Made by a program: the position numbers and the translations under genes
Notes under the pieces: generated by a model
Seen by the model: only the letters and a program-made list of their open reading frames with translations
What the model was told of the DNA's origin: nothing
Databases searched by the model: none
In this document: one piece after another, positions 10,821 through 24,700 of the stretch
Position numbering within the stretch: the first letter of the stretch is position 1
How the letters are laid out: each line of letters begins with the position of its first letter
Assembly (NCBI GenBank): GCA_024704765.1
Contig: JAKMXF010000365.1
Span: 930,001-994,000 of the forward strand
DNA length: 64,000 nucleotides
Direction of reading: 5' to 3'
Source of the DNA: Oopsacas minuta
Taxonomy: Eukaryota; Animalia; Porifera

Positions 10821-11652
10821 TTAACTCATGACATAATATCTTTTATCCTATATTTTATCTGTTATACTTTTCGTGCTTTTAGAGAGAATTAGACCTACTT
10901 TTAGCCTGTTGACTTATTCATTGGTATATTACTATTTAGAGAATTGAAATTCAGATTAGCTAAGCTAGCCTCCTTCTAAATCGAAGAAATATACGATTTC
11001 TTGCAATTAAGCAAAGTTGATTATAACGAAGTGATTCTTTACCACTATAGCTTGATGTAATTGATTTTACTCCGCTTAACAACGAAATGAAATTTGGATC
11101 CCGAGCACTTCGTTGAAACGAGAGTTTACTGTATTTCGAATAAGGGAAGCAAGTGTATGTAATGAAATATTGAGTTCAAAGTATGTATGTAAGGTTAAGA
11201 ATTATTAATTTTAACTGGATGGGACTACCACTCGTTTTGTAGTCCTTTCGTATACAAGCGGGTACCCTCGTTAATCATTTGAAAAAGTGTCGCAGGGGAA
11301 ATTGGGACTTAAATGGAGGTTAACTCGAACAGATTTTGATATAATTATTTATCATATATGATTAATCATATTTCACACCTATTGGCGCATGGCGAATATT
11401 TCAAAATGATGCTGGAGATTTCGTTCCTGCGGGTAGTCACTGACAATCTGTAAAATGAATCCGAGCTGCACTCACCGTCTATCAACTGGTGGAGCTATTC
11501 TCATTGCAATCTGAACAGTGGTGATGGCCAATGAAGGAATGTCTATCCTGTTGTTGTGATTGTGACGGATTGCTCTGAGTACAAAATCATATATTTCCTT
11601 CAGATTCTTAGTGTCCTCATTCTTCCTCACGAGATATTCTAATGACCTAGCG

Positions 11653-12920
11653 CAGGGGTTCCCAACCTGTGCTACGCGTACCCCTAGGGGTACGCGAGAA
11701 GGTTGAGTCATTTACGAATATTATTTTCAAATTTGTAATTATGATACCATGTAATTTGAAATTAATCTAAATGTATAATTTGACAGAAGATTTGCAATAT
11801 TCCTTAGAATATGAACTTAGGTGTAATGATTTAATTACTTTTCTATTACACATAATTGAGTATTAATTTTTGTGAAGTAATATACCTTGAAATAACAAAG
11901 AATTCATATAACTTTTACCAAAGAAGCCTAATTAGCATATTCTCAGTTAATATATAATGGTAATGAAAGTTGGAATTTACAATGGGGGTACACGGTGAAT
12001 ATCCTTTTTGCATAGTAGGACATGGGCTAGCGTCTCTCTATACAGGAAAGATAGTTCATCGAATGTGAAAATCACATCATTCTCAATGTTATAACATTCC
12101 TCCATCCATTCGCAGTAATCTCCGTAATAAGTCTATTCAGCCTCGTGTGATACCCCCGGGAAGCGTCTCTCTAGGCGAATTCACAGGTTTTGTGTCTTCC
12201 TCTATTTCAGGATCTAAATAGAAGATGAATTTCCCCTCAATTAAGTAAATTGCTCGGTAGAATGGAATCTATGATAGCTCTAGATGATGTAGAAGCAGAT
12301 AATAGAATACAAACAAGGTATTCCCACTTTACCAAAAGTTTGAATCTCCAATAAGACACCCTTTTCCTTCTCAAATATGAATTATCGGAACGATACGACC
12401 AGCATTTACAGAAATAATCTCTACCAGTCATCAATGACTCATTCCCTATTGAATACAAAGACAGCCTCTTCTACATAGAGAGAATTTAGCAGAACCTTCC
12501 CGATACTCCCTAAACGGTCTCACCATATGGAAGGAGATAGCTGAGCAAATGATGAGAAAATTATGAATTGGCTAGTAACTAAACTTCCAAAACCAATCGA
12601 GAGAGTAATTATAAAGAGATACGAATCTCTGAGACTGGGATGAAGGCAGAGATCTTAAAGATGAGGACTTATCCCATTCCAAAACCTTGGTGTTCAGATC
12701 TTATGAAGAATAGATGGACACACTTAATTCAGCTGTATCTAGTTCCAAACTCTGATAAATAGTTATTGGTGTTACCTGGCTCATGTTTGTTGCCATTTCA
12801 AATTTACTTTTCAGTCAGTGTAGATTTGTTAATAGAAATGTTCTAGCAGTTCTTTTTAGAGAAAATCTCTTTCTTATAATGCAATTATGTTTTTGTTGAT
12901 TCAGCAGTTCGGAACCCCTG
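11653..12920. mobile_element. hAT-type non-autonomous element ends enclosing a degraded coding remnant (may be two elements)
   Basis: Left end CAGGGGTTCCCAACCTG with perfect 22-bp palindrome CGCGTACCCCTAGGGGTACGCG (11675-11696); right end CAGTTCGGAACCCCTG at 12905-12920; no matching 8-bp TSD. Confidence 0.4.
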
Positions 12921-12987
12921 AATGTCATGCAAAATTATAATAGGATATGGCCTGATGGCTCAATTTTCATAATTAAACAATTACTTA

Positions 12988-13150
12988 TAGTCAACTCCTG
13001 TTACATGGAACACGGATATATCGAATTAGGAAATACCCAAGTTAGAATAGTACAAATTGTCCCAAACCGTCAAAAGTAACATAAATTTCATAGGTCATAT
13101 CGGATAAATTTTCGCGGTCCCTTGAGCTTCGATATAACGGGAGTTAAGTG
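12988..13150. mobile_element. Tigger/pogo-like MITE (same family as 30684-30870, opposite orientation)
   Basis: TIRs TAGTCAACTCCTGTTAC / TTCGATATAACGGGAGTTAAGTG; internal GGTCCCTTGAGC is shared (as reverse complement) with the 30684 copy. Confidence 0.7.
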
Positions 13151-13212
13151 TGTTAACTATTCATATTTTATTATTATCAATTTTAGCTTAAAGTTCTCCT
13201 GTTATTCGGATA

Positions 13213-14294
13213 ATGCCGGAATTAGGAGAAGTTACCATATTTAGTAAAATTGTTAACGAAGCTGGAAAGAACTATAATTTCAAATCAATTTCGAACCTTT
13301 CAAAGAAAAACCCTGATATTCCCGTTACTTGGAAAGAGTTCGGAATTCGTTCAGAAAGTAGAGGCAAAGAATTAGTGATAATTGTATTCAGATTAGGAGC
13401 AGGAGAAGCAGAAGAGATCAGAGTACTGGTAAACTTGAGTATGACAGGTTAGTATTAATTAAATATAGCTGGTTTATTAATCTTTATATTCTTCTAATAA
13501 TCCATTGATTACAATTAAACAGGTATATTCTGCTTCAACAAAACAACAGAACCTCCTAAGTATGTCAAACTCCAATTTATCACTTCTTGTACAACACATT
13601 CTCTATTCTTCTCAGATCAGAAGGGATGGGGTGTGTGGCATATTGCAGAGAAAGGAGAATTATGGAGTGACAACAGAGGACCTGATCCTTTAACTGAGTA
13701 TGATCTGTTCAGAAAGAATGTACTCTCTAACCTGAAAGCTAAGGTATGTCTCTGCTCTACAAATGCTATGAAGTTTAGGTCAGATAATTCTATCATATAA
13801 TTATGTATTTGTTTGCAGCAATTCAACAATTGCATCTGTGAGGCTCTACTAGAGCAGCTCTATTTTAATGGAATCGGTAATTACTTACGAGCTGAGATTC
13901 TATTCAGAGCTGGAATCAATCCATTTCTTCCTGCTAGAGATGTGCTACAGGCAATAGCTGATACTGAGGGGGAAGAGGGAGCTAAAGGTTAGTTAGTGAT
14001 TACTACAAGTAAATACAAGTAAATTGTCTTGTGAATCTAGGTGAGGATATACTGGATCTCTGTCGTAGCGTCCCTCAGGAAGTGGTAACACTAGGAATCA
14101 ACAAATATGCTGAAGACAACAAGAAATGGGCAGATTGGTGTCAGTGCTATGATAAACCAGGAATGACAGCAACGAAGGATAAGAATGGTAGGATGATATA
14201 TCATAAACCTGAATTTATATCTGTTGTTAAGTCTAAGAAAGTAGCTTCTAGCAGTACGGAGACATCTCCTTCTAAGAGGAAGAAGAAGTCTTAA
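13213..14294 (+). CDS. NEIL1: Endonuclease VIII-like 1 DNA glycosylase, 4 exons: 13213-13447, 13523-13743, 13819-13987, 14041-14294 (292 aa)
   Basis: N-terminal MPE, SESRGKEL, MTG, RGPDPLTEYDLFRKNV, H2TH ICEALLEQLYFNGIGNYLRAEIL, zincless finger DKNGRMIY. GT-AG introns with consistent phases; total 879 nt. Confidence 0.95.
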
Positions 14295-14965
14295 CAGAAG
14301 GATAACCTTCTTCTTATTTTTGTATCATTTATACACAGACTATACAAATTTGTTTCGTTGTCCATTACGCAATTCTAATGAATGAATAATTCAGTATTAA
14401 TATTAATAAAGAATTCCTTGGTCATTCGATGACCGATAACAGCTAGCACGTCGTTTCTAGTTTGCTTTACGTTAGGCCCTGCACAACGAACGCTTCTGTT
14501 ATTTGTATAAAAATGATGACGTAACAATTCCATGATGAGTTGCATTTTGGCGAATTGATTTCCAGATTTGACTATCTAACTTTATCATCTGAGCAGTGGT
14601 TAATTAAAAGAGACTAATCTCATTAAAATGAACAATATCTTTGTTCATTTTAATGAGGTTAGTCTTAGGTGTTATTATATTTTTTGGCTGTCTTGCTCTT
14701 GAATTTCCACTGTATGTTTAATTATTTACCCCATTATGACATATAAATCATTTTGGGAGATTCATTAGGCAGTGATCTTCGAAATATACTCTTCCCCCAT
14801 AACATTTATGGGTAATCGAGCATGTAGGTTCCAAAATTTTCAAATGTATATCTACATTATTTATCATATTTTACACCCTTTTGCACATATTTCAAATTGA
14901 TGCAAGAGTTTTCGTTTCAAAAGTTAGACAGGGAGTAATTGTATGATAATTATTCGGAATTTTAT

Positions 14966-15160
14966 CTATAGGAATTGAGGATAGAACATGAAGTACGTTA
15001 GGGGATGAATGATATTGAATATCCTGAAATATTTATCAGATCGAGGAGCCCAAATCAGTCGGGTCTGGCGCATTGTGGCATTTACACGGGGGGGCGTACC
15101 CCTCCTGAAAAGAACAAAAATCCCTGAGCTGCACTACCAGTCTGTCGGCTGGACATTTTT
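14966..15160 (+). mobile_element. Helentron/HINE-like element, 3' half
   Basis: Shares GAGGATAGAACATGAA..ATATCCTGAAATATTTATCAGA..AAATCAGTCGGG with 63067-63351; ends in subterminal GAGCTGCACT, hairpin CCAGTC-TGTC-GGCTGG and T run. Confidence 0.7.
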
Positions 15161-15469
15161 GATACAGTGGAACCTCGGAATTACGATCACCATTAGGACC
15201 GAGAAAATTGTCCGGAATTTCGGGATCGCCGTAAATGTGAAACTTTCAAAAGTATTCTTCCAAAATTGTTTCAGAAATCCATTATAATTTATCATACTGA
15301 TTTCGTAAGAGTATAAATATTGTTGCTCGTTGAAATTATTATTATTATCAAATTTGATATATTGACAGTATTTTGTCATATCTTTGTAATTAGGTTAACC
15401 TCATTCTTTTTTTACCGGCAAGATATCATTAAATCAGCAATATGTATCATGATATATCATTGTTATATG

Positions 15470-15545
15470 GGGTGAATACCCCCCTTGAAATGAGCAAATA
15501 CACATAACCCTGAGCTGCACTACCAGTCTGTTGGCTGGACATTTT
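15470..15545 (+). mobile_element. Helentron/HINE-like 3' end
   Basis: CCCTGAGCTGCACTACCAGTCTGTTGGCTGGACATTTT, near-identical to 15122-15160 and 63314-63351. Confidence 0.65.
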
Positions 15546-16116
15546 CGTACACAATATCATTCAAAATTGCTATCTATTGTCCACCCACACTTGTACAAAA
15601 ATCCCATTTTGTGAGTCATTTGGCTTTTTGTTCCAAATTCATCCATTTACCTACCCCACCTTGGGAGGTTCTATAATATGAATTACCATAATTTCCCAAA
15701 CTCAAATACTAATAGAAAACGAAAAGAATAAGTCAATATAATAGATATAGTGTAGTATTAATATAGTATAAGGCAGATGACAACAAACTGTAAAGATACA
15801 CTAATTTCTAAGTAAATTATCAATATATTACATCAAAATGTCAATTGGTAGCAATAATTAATCCATAATAGTAATAGCCTACTATTGAATTAGTACCATC
15901 TATACAGGAGAGCATGAAGAGATTAACATAAAAACAGAACTAGTTAAAATTATTGATTTAGCCATGAAGAGAGGGTCTTAACGGGATTCAGGCCACTGTA
16001 AAATGATAGTCTAAGTGAGAGACTAGATAGCATGAGTGCAGGACATTGAAATCTAAATATATATATTAGTAGGGATGTATTCAAATAAACAGGAGAAGAT
16101 ATTAGAGCTCTGTTAA

Positions 16117-16497
16117 TCAGTTCATCCATTTTCTGCAGCTTGCAGACCCGCACAGACAAGGTATCTTGTACGCTGTATCCTCATACTCAAACTTGTAGTC
16201 ATACGTCAGCTATAGAATATAATATTATAATAAGATTACTACGATAATATGTATTTTACCTGAGGACTAGGTGCAGGTAGATGACTGTTGCAATGAGTTT
16301 AATTAAAACCCTTACAACAGTATACTCAAAAGTATATTCTCATTGTAACTCTTCTACCACGAATTTAATACTTATGTTTGATGGATAATTTCTTTATTCT
16401 CCTATAGCCATGGCTAAGTTTAAATGTAGAAATTGATGTAATTTGGTTTCTTTACTCAAAAGGGTGTTCTTATAAGCGATAACTACTGTATTATCTC

Positions 16498-16530
<33 letters not shown>

Positions 16531-18763
16531 TACAAGTACTCTATAATACCTACCTCCTCCCCTAATATAATCTTCTGTTGAGAGATTATCAATATCTTCT
16601 TCTTACCCTCTATATTGACTATCTCTGCTGTGCAATTTGGCTGAAAATACAAATAAATCATACACACAGTTCTGTACAACATACAAGATAATATTAAAAT
16701 AAATAGTCCTGGAACAACAATACTTACCTCACAGGAATGGTTGATATATCTAAATTAAGAATATTCGGTTAAAACAACTCATATACTTTGTAATTACAGT
16801 ATGCGGTAGACTCTTGTTAATATTACTTATAAGTTATTACATAAAAATGGACCATCGAAATTCGTCGAAATTCGACTATTAACGGAATTAATATTTTTGG
16901 GAAAGCATTGATACTGATAAAGTGTATTAATATGTATTAATCCGTATCTGGAGTTAGAGAGTCCATTGCACTATACTTATAAAATAATACTACATGTACT
17001 CTTACCTAGCAAATCCTCCTTTTCTAGTCGCATCAACTACACTGAAGGTATCTACCCTGAACATATAGCAACCTCGATTCTAACCAAACAATCACATAAT
17101 TAACATATAAATTGCACTGTATAATGTATTATGAGGTTAGCTTATTCTCACTTGTCTGTTGTATGCTTGCTCCCTGACATCAGCTAGTTCATTCTTTATC
17201 ATCTCTCCTATGTACTCTATAACTATCTGGTCCTTGTCAATGTCTCTCCTTGCGAATAAACCAAGTCCCTGAATACAAGTGAATAATAACGAATATTCAA
17301 TTGAATAATCAGGAATAAAGTGATAACATACTTGTATATTAGATTTAGCTAGTCTGACATTAATCTTCCATTCAGTACGTAGCTTCCTGTACTGGGCGTT
17401 CTTAGAGAGAGTAGGAGTGATATGTACAGGGGTGCTTACTAGCTCCTTGCTGGTATCTTTGTTCTGAGGTAGGAGGGTGGGAACCGGGGTAGAGACTTCA
17501 GTGGGACTTGCCACTCGATGGATGAGATGTCTGGTGGAATATAGTATTTGGATTATAAGTACTGTCATCTACACATAATTGGGAGACGTTTGCACCAGGT
17601 AGTTAGTCTCAATTAACCGTGGAAGAGATATATCCCCATTCACACATAAAAACCACAATTAAAACTGTATAACTAACCTTCTGTAGAGAGGAGCTCTTGG
17701 CACTAGCTCAGTCCTAGCAGAGCCAGATGGGTTGTAAGGTATAGGAAGTGAGTGTGTGGGTCTACGCACTGGATACTTGCAATTGTATCCCACCATCTGT
17801 TCAATGCCAGGTAGCTAGAATGCAAATTATACAGATTATAAAATGCATACGCGTAAATAAATGTAATATAACTTACAGATTCAATCATCTTCACAATCGT
17901 AGGTTCACTCAATCCGAAGAAGTCCTAAAAGATAATATTACATTAGTATCTAGATTAGTGGTTAGAAGAGGAAACTCTAAGATACGTAGAAACATATTCT
18001 AACTACTGTAATGTTGGGGATACACTACTACGTAGTATCTCACCTCTGGTTTCATTGCTTTCTTATTTATAGCAATCTGGCCGTGAGCAGCTCGTAGACT
18101 CTGGATTGGATCTATAATTTTTTCCCAAACTACCATAATAGACTTGTCAGCAATACAAAGCTTCCTGGGAGGATCCTGTGTTCTGTCTATAGTGTAGACA
18201 GAGAAAAGAGGAAGAGATTCCTCTAAGGTTATTGAGCACCAGTATTGAGACAGCTGGAAAGGATCATTAACACTCCAATAGAATCTCGAACACACATATC
18301 CAACCTATAAATATTTCTAGAATAAAGGATAGTATTTCTACAGAGATTAGAAACTAGTTAATGAGTTTACCGGATAAATACAGTCGTCAGTATAGGTGCC
18401 TTTAACTTTAGGACAGAGTTGTCCTATTTTTAGGAATATTACATTTCCTACACGTAGCATGAGTTTTCCTTCACTAGCTGATACGCTAAAAGGATAGAGT
18501 ATTTGATGTTTAATAGATTATCTTGTGAAATAATCAATGACTTACCTATCCAGCATGGTAGCATCGCAGTACTGAATATAGAAGTAACTAGATGTGAAGA
18601 AATTTGTAACCTGACCATCTGAAGCTGTGTAATGTTCTGGACATTCTACACTCTTATCTGAGTAGAAGTGACACCCAGCCAAGGAGGCACAGGGAAGATG
18701 GTAATATTTGGTGCAGCTGAAACAAATTATTGAGGCTTTGGGTTTGTTGCAATGAGCACAAGT
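16117..18763 (-). CDS. KMT2C: KMT2C/D C-terminal exons: ePHD end, FYRN, FYRC, WIN, SET, post-SET
   Basis: Spliced translation ...[110 protein letters not shown]. Confidence 0.95.
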
Positions 18764-21700
18764 CTAAACAGATAGAGTATCAATAAAATGTACAAAAAGA
18801 TAACGTATACATCTGTTCTAGTGTCTACACATTTTCCGTCTAATCTTTGGTGAAAACTAATTTCGTGGTTAACGTTATGAAATATTTTGACAATGTATTT
18901 TACAGGGATACAGTATTTTCGTATTTGATTATACACGTATTATTATCATGACTGCCAACTGAGAAGAGTATAAAACTCACTCTATAGATTGTTGTATTTA
19001 TTAATATGAATTTCTACTTACATTATTGCTACACTTTTCAATAGTCTGTGTAACATTTTCCAGTAGTCCATCTTTAGAAGCATATACCCCATCACTCCAT
19101 ATAGCACAACCAGCATGAATCCATTCATCAATCCCTGATGTTACTAGTCTCCCTTGTTCCTTGCTATCTCTGTCACTCACCTCTGTACACAGTACACAAG
19201 CCCGCTCGTCGTTTGGATCCTGGTTTACGGTACGAGTAGACAGGAGTTGCGGCTATAAATTTAAGATAAATACCATTTGTGACATAGTGTTGCTATGTAC
19301 TCACCATGAGCTTGTGACGTCTACACTTTCTAGAGGCAGCACTCTTTAGGAAAGCTTTATAGAAATCAGGAGTCCATACAGCCCATTTGGTAGCTCGGGT
19401 TTGTCTAGGCTTTTTCTAAATAGATAAACAAATTAAGATGACGTCATTATATAGTGGATATTAATGTACCTTGAATAACAGAGCAGTGTTAGGCTGCTCT
19501 GATTCCTGCTTGTCACTATCCATCTCCTCCTTAATAGCCTGGTCCAGACTAAGAGGGATGTCTATACCGCTGACAGCATTCTTGTCTAATGTGAACTGAG
19601 TACTCTCCCCATACATCTCCTGTACCAGACTTTGAAACTGGTCAGAGAAGGAAGCACTCTCTCCCGCCCCCGCTCCAAGGTCCAGCAGGGACATGGAACT
19701 GTTATTATCAGAAACCAGAGGGGAGGAACGAAGTTTCTTACTCTCTACAGAGTCTAACTCCAGAGATATTTGTCTCTTCCTGCTAGGAGTGGGATCAGTA
19801 AGACTACTAATGTCCTCTGGATCAGAGGCGTTAGAAGAACAATCAGAGAGATTAAGATCACTCAGAGAGGAGTCATGCTTAGCACTGGAGGAGGTGGCTA
19901 ACAGAGGTAGAGGTTCTTCTCCACTGCTGTTGGTAGGTAATGTATGCATAAGGGAGCTATTGGTAGCAGAGTTTTGTGTTGTAAGGGGCGTAGATGTAGC
20001 ATCAGGGGCTGTAATATTTCCCAAAGAATCAGACTTATTCTGTACACTTGTGTCTGAGCTTATCATCTCGGATAGGTTATCTTCACGTGATATAGGAGTG
20101 CTGATAGTACATACATTTAGCAGAGGGTTAGTAGAGATGTCTGAGTTGGAATTGAATGATGGAAAAGAGTTGTAGAAATCAGCTGAGTTAGACGGGATCC
20201 TATCTGGAGAGCTCCATAGGAAACTTAGACTAGGTATTAATATCTCTAGCGGTACGACAGGCTCAACCAGTACTTTAGTCAAGTACTGCTTCTTGAGACG
20301 AACTGGCTTAGTGCTGTAACGCCTTAGAATTGAAGAGCGACGAACTTCAAGAATAGAATTTAGCTCTTCATAGAGAGAGTAACGGGTCTTAGTATCAGTA
20401 GAGAGGGAGTCTATCATGTGTGTATGCTCAGCTGTCATGTTAGTTAGCTCCAGACAGTCAAAGTAGTTGAGTTCTCTCTTGTTACAGCTGGTAGCTATCC
20501 TCTCCAGGTGCTCCATTAGGTCAGGATGGTCACGAGTCTTAACGCAGTGAACAGTGGTTGCTCTCTCGAGAGAAGGAGAGGGGAGTACTACAGTACTGAA
20601 CTTCTGGTTGGGTTTAGGGAAGGGAGGGATCTCTGAGAGGGATTTAGAACTTGTAGGACTGTTAGGGAGAGGAGATGGCTGAGAAGAGAGAGACGGGTGT
20701 GTAAAAGAGGGATAAGGTGACTGTCTTGAAGGATCAGGGGGTGTAACCTGTGGTTGAGGAGAGGGATTAAATGGGTGTGGACCCTGTCTATGGAGCTGTT
20801 TGGGTGTAGAACGATTAGGACAGGTCGGAGAGTACTCCAGAGGGTTAGAGAGACGGCGGTTGTGTTTGTACTTAGCATGCTGGGTAGGGTCGTGAGGATA
20901 TTGGTTAAGAGGCTGCATGTTAAAAGGAGAACTAGGAGTAGATGGATAGTGCATATCTTGAGGATGGTAGTAAGGAGGATGGTATCCCATGGGCATAGAG
21001 TCCTGCTGGTTGTAACCATAATAACCAGGGAATTCAGTAGACATACCTATGTTCCCTTTCTTTCTACTCCCTCCTGAGCGTGTAGCAGCTTCAGAAGGGG
21101 TGAGTGGTTTCTTGAACTCGTCCCCTGGAGTCACAGGATCTGTGTAGACAGAGGGTCCCCAAGGTGATGGGTATTTAGGGGTGGGGTAGGGAGGTGTCAT
21201 GTCGTGTTTGTATTTGGAATGTAAAGGTGTGTGTGGTTGGAGAGGGGGTTTAGAATGAGCACGCATTTGATCAGGAGTAGGAGAGTTAGCAGGTAATGAA
21301 GAAGAAGAAGGGAGTTCTGTGTTAGTAGCAGATTTATCAGCGTTATCGATCAAAGGAGTTGAAGGAAGGGAGACAACTTCTGATTGCTCACTGGTGTGAG
21401 GTCTATTATCAGAAGCAACCATACCATTAGTCTGTGTGTTATCTGTGGCAGAGCAGGAGCTCCTGGGTGTATCGGGAGGGAGGTTAAAGTCCAAACAGAG
21501 GTCAGGTTTATCTGGAATTTGAGTGTTAGAGGACTGAGGCCTGGGAGCTACATGAGGTGAAGACATTGGGGGTTTCTGTTCTGAATAAGCTCTGTATTTG
21601 GGGTCATGTGGATGAGGATAGTAGTAAGGCATAGGACCTTGATAAGGTGGAGTATTCACATGCATATTATGGTAGTTGTAACCGTGAGGATTCTGATAGC

Positions 21701-24700
21701 AGTGCATGCTGTTACTACCTAGATTGTGATGGAAAGGAGAATGAGGGTAGCTCTGGATAGGAACGGAGTGAGGATAAGATCCAGATTTGTATCCCTGCTG
21801 GGAATAGTTCTGAAGGATATGACGACTAGATCCAGTAGTTTGAGGGTAGAGAGAGTTAGAAGATTTGAATGGTTTAGTCTCAGGAAATTCGTGAGGAGAC
21901 TGACTAGTAGTATGACTGTGTGGAGTTATTTCTAAACTGCTGGGAAGTGATACATTGAATGGTTGAGAAGAGGAACAATTAGGAGATACTAGAGATTGAT
22001 CGGTTCTATGAGAGTTAGGAGAATTCGTAGAGTATGGAAGGACAGATTGTGATAGTTTAGAAAGAGAATTGTCAGACGCAGAAATAGTTGAGTGATGAGA
22101 TTTCGGATCTCCTGATCCTTTGGTACCGTGTAGCAGAGGTTGAAATGGTTGATGGACATATGGGAAGTGATGATCAGGGAGTGGAGACTTCTCATCAGGA
22201 AGAGGCGAGCAGAACATGAGATCAGGATGCATATCTCCGTGATAAGAGAAACTACTCTGTGGAGTATGTAGTCCATTTCTATTCTTGCTGGAGAAGCAAC
22301 TAGATTTTTTCCCTGTTATAATACGTCTCCCTTTTCTTCTCGGTTTGTTATCTTCCAATCCTATCTCCTTCTTAACTTTGTCCTCTTCTTCCCGAGCCTT
22401 CTGTAACTCCGCTACAGTCCTGCGGGGACGACGTGTAGAGAAGTCTCTCTTCAGTCCCTGCGGCTGGTCAGTCATCTGATTCAGTTTAAAAGCCTTCACA
22501 GCATATAGTCTGATTATACGAGGAGGATTTCTCTTCTGATATACACCTTCACTTTCCTTCAGGGCAGAAAAATTAGATAAGTCATGACCATAGTGGTAAT
22601 AGATAAGTTTTCAAAAAATTTTGTCAAAATAATAATATTTAAAGATATTAGCCCACTAGTTTAGCTGGAATATTTCCTTGAAAGAATATTCAAAAATCAT
22701 TAATACCGTCTCCTTATTATCCAACAAATTGCAAATGCTCGCTAAAGAAAAAGTATACAAACTTACAAGTTTTTCTCTGTTAAGCTTGGCTTTATCCTAA
22801 AATATGTGAATTAAATCATATATATATACACGTACAGGTGTTAATGCAGTTCACACCTTAGCTAATCAGATAACAGCATTGTACATATTTTAACCATTTT
22901 GTCATAAATACAATGGATATGGATACCTTACTAACGTTTAAAACGCTAATATTTGCAATTGCTACAGGGCTATTCGTATTAGTGAGGGTGTACAACGTAT
23001 ATACAAACTTACAATATATTGCTGTCTTTCTGTCATAGGTAACTTTTTCCAAAGATTGTTAACAGCTCTTGCTCTATCCATCCATCCTGCAGAATAGATG
23101 GCTAAACACTGTAAATATGGTATTACATAGAAGATAAAATTATGAAACAAAATTTCTCATAAAATACAGTCAGGAGGCATACCATAAAATTCTCTAATTA
23201 TGGATTATTCGGAAGTATAAGTAAATACACACGACATATAAAAAGAATCAAATAAATTCATTTCAAATAAAGTATCTTTATTATTAACAAGCAAGATGCT
23301 AGAAGTTTGATCCCCCATTTGAATGAATTAATGAAGTAATAGATAGTGACTAGTAGATTGTGAATTGCACTTAACTGCAAAATTGATATATAAGTATGTA
23401 TGTATCTCGGTAAAGACTGACATACCTGGGTACTTATCCTTGAGATCTGTAAATGACATATTTGCATAAAGGACAGGAGCCTTAGTAGCTAGAGTCCCTC
23501 TCTCCTCATCCATTACCCATCGTAGACAAGCTTTCTGATAGCGAGTGAGATGAGGGAGAATATTCTTATCAAAACTATCTAGCTCGTTATCATCTTCCTC
23601 TGTGGTAGATCTCACCTTCATTCTACGCTCTTGCTTCCTCTGTTTCCTACTCTCCTCTCGCATTGCTTTAAGAGACTTCTTTTTAGCAATCAGGCCTGCT
23701 GGCATTTTCAGCTTACGAGGAGCATCCAGAGACTTCAGGATGCTACAAATAAAATAAGCATTAATGAATGTAGAAATTATGATGAAATCAGCAGACAATT
23801 CTAAGATTAGTATGCACAGTGGATAAAGGTTATGCTTATAAAACACCCTTGAGAATAGTAAAATACAGTAGAATCTTCTTTCGTATGATCACAGTTAATA
23901 CGAATTTCGGGATAAGATGAACAAGGTACTACTGTTTGTTCTTATAGCATAAATAATACAGGAATATATGTGACCATTTACAAATGATGGTTCTTATATC
24001 CGGTACGTGTTCTAATAAGTGATATCTATCCGCTGTACGTATGCCGTAAATATAAGCTACTGAATATAATTAGTATATAAACTGACTCTCTGGGTTGTTG
24101 TATGATGGTAGCTGTAGGATTGTGCTCTAGAGTTATACCCGATGCATACTATATAAGAACAGATATAATGTGTGTATTTATATTAAATATTTATGTGATG
24201 TAACAACTGACATTCTTATTCATGCTAGATAACAGATTCATATCCTCTATGACAGTCTGATCAATACTAGAAGAGAGATCAGCTGGCCCTGTGTCTATGA
24301 AACTACTGTTTTGAGATGATGGGTTAGGGTCTAAAGCAAGTTCTCCTCTCCGAATCTTACGTAACTTCTTGAAGGGATTACTCTCTTTCTTGTGACCAAT
24401 ATACTGTTTATAAGGTAGCAAATTCTTCAATCCTTTCTCACGAATTTGATGGCGACAAAGAGAACAGTAGTACTTCTTCTGAACCATTTTCTGGATATCT
24501 GATTTGCAGTTGAATCCGTCACATGACCCGTGGCTCCATCTACGTATAAGTTCAGATAAAGTTCAGATAAAGTTCATGAGACAGAATTATCATTACAGAT
24601 CTTATGTTAGTATAGTGTTGGACTACATTAGTTGGAATTATGAAGGTTGAAATTAGTTGAATAGTTGTCATTAGTTTGACTCGATTTACTAAGATAATTA

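Noticed and set aside
19693-22479. Several antisense or alternate-frame ORFs over the large KMT2C/D exon (likewise over afadin, UBE3D, the GPCR and USP)
   Set aside because: Shadow ORFs explained by codon bias of the real CDS; no motifs.
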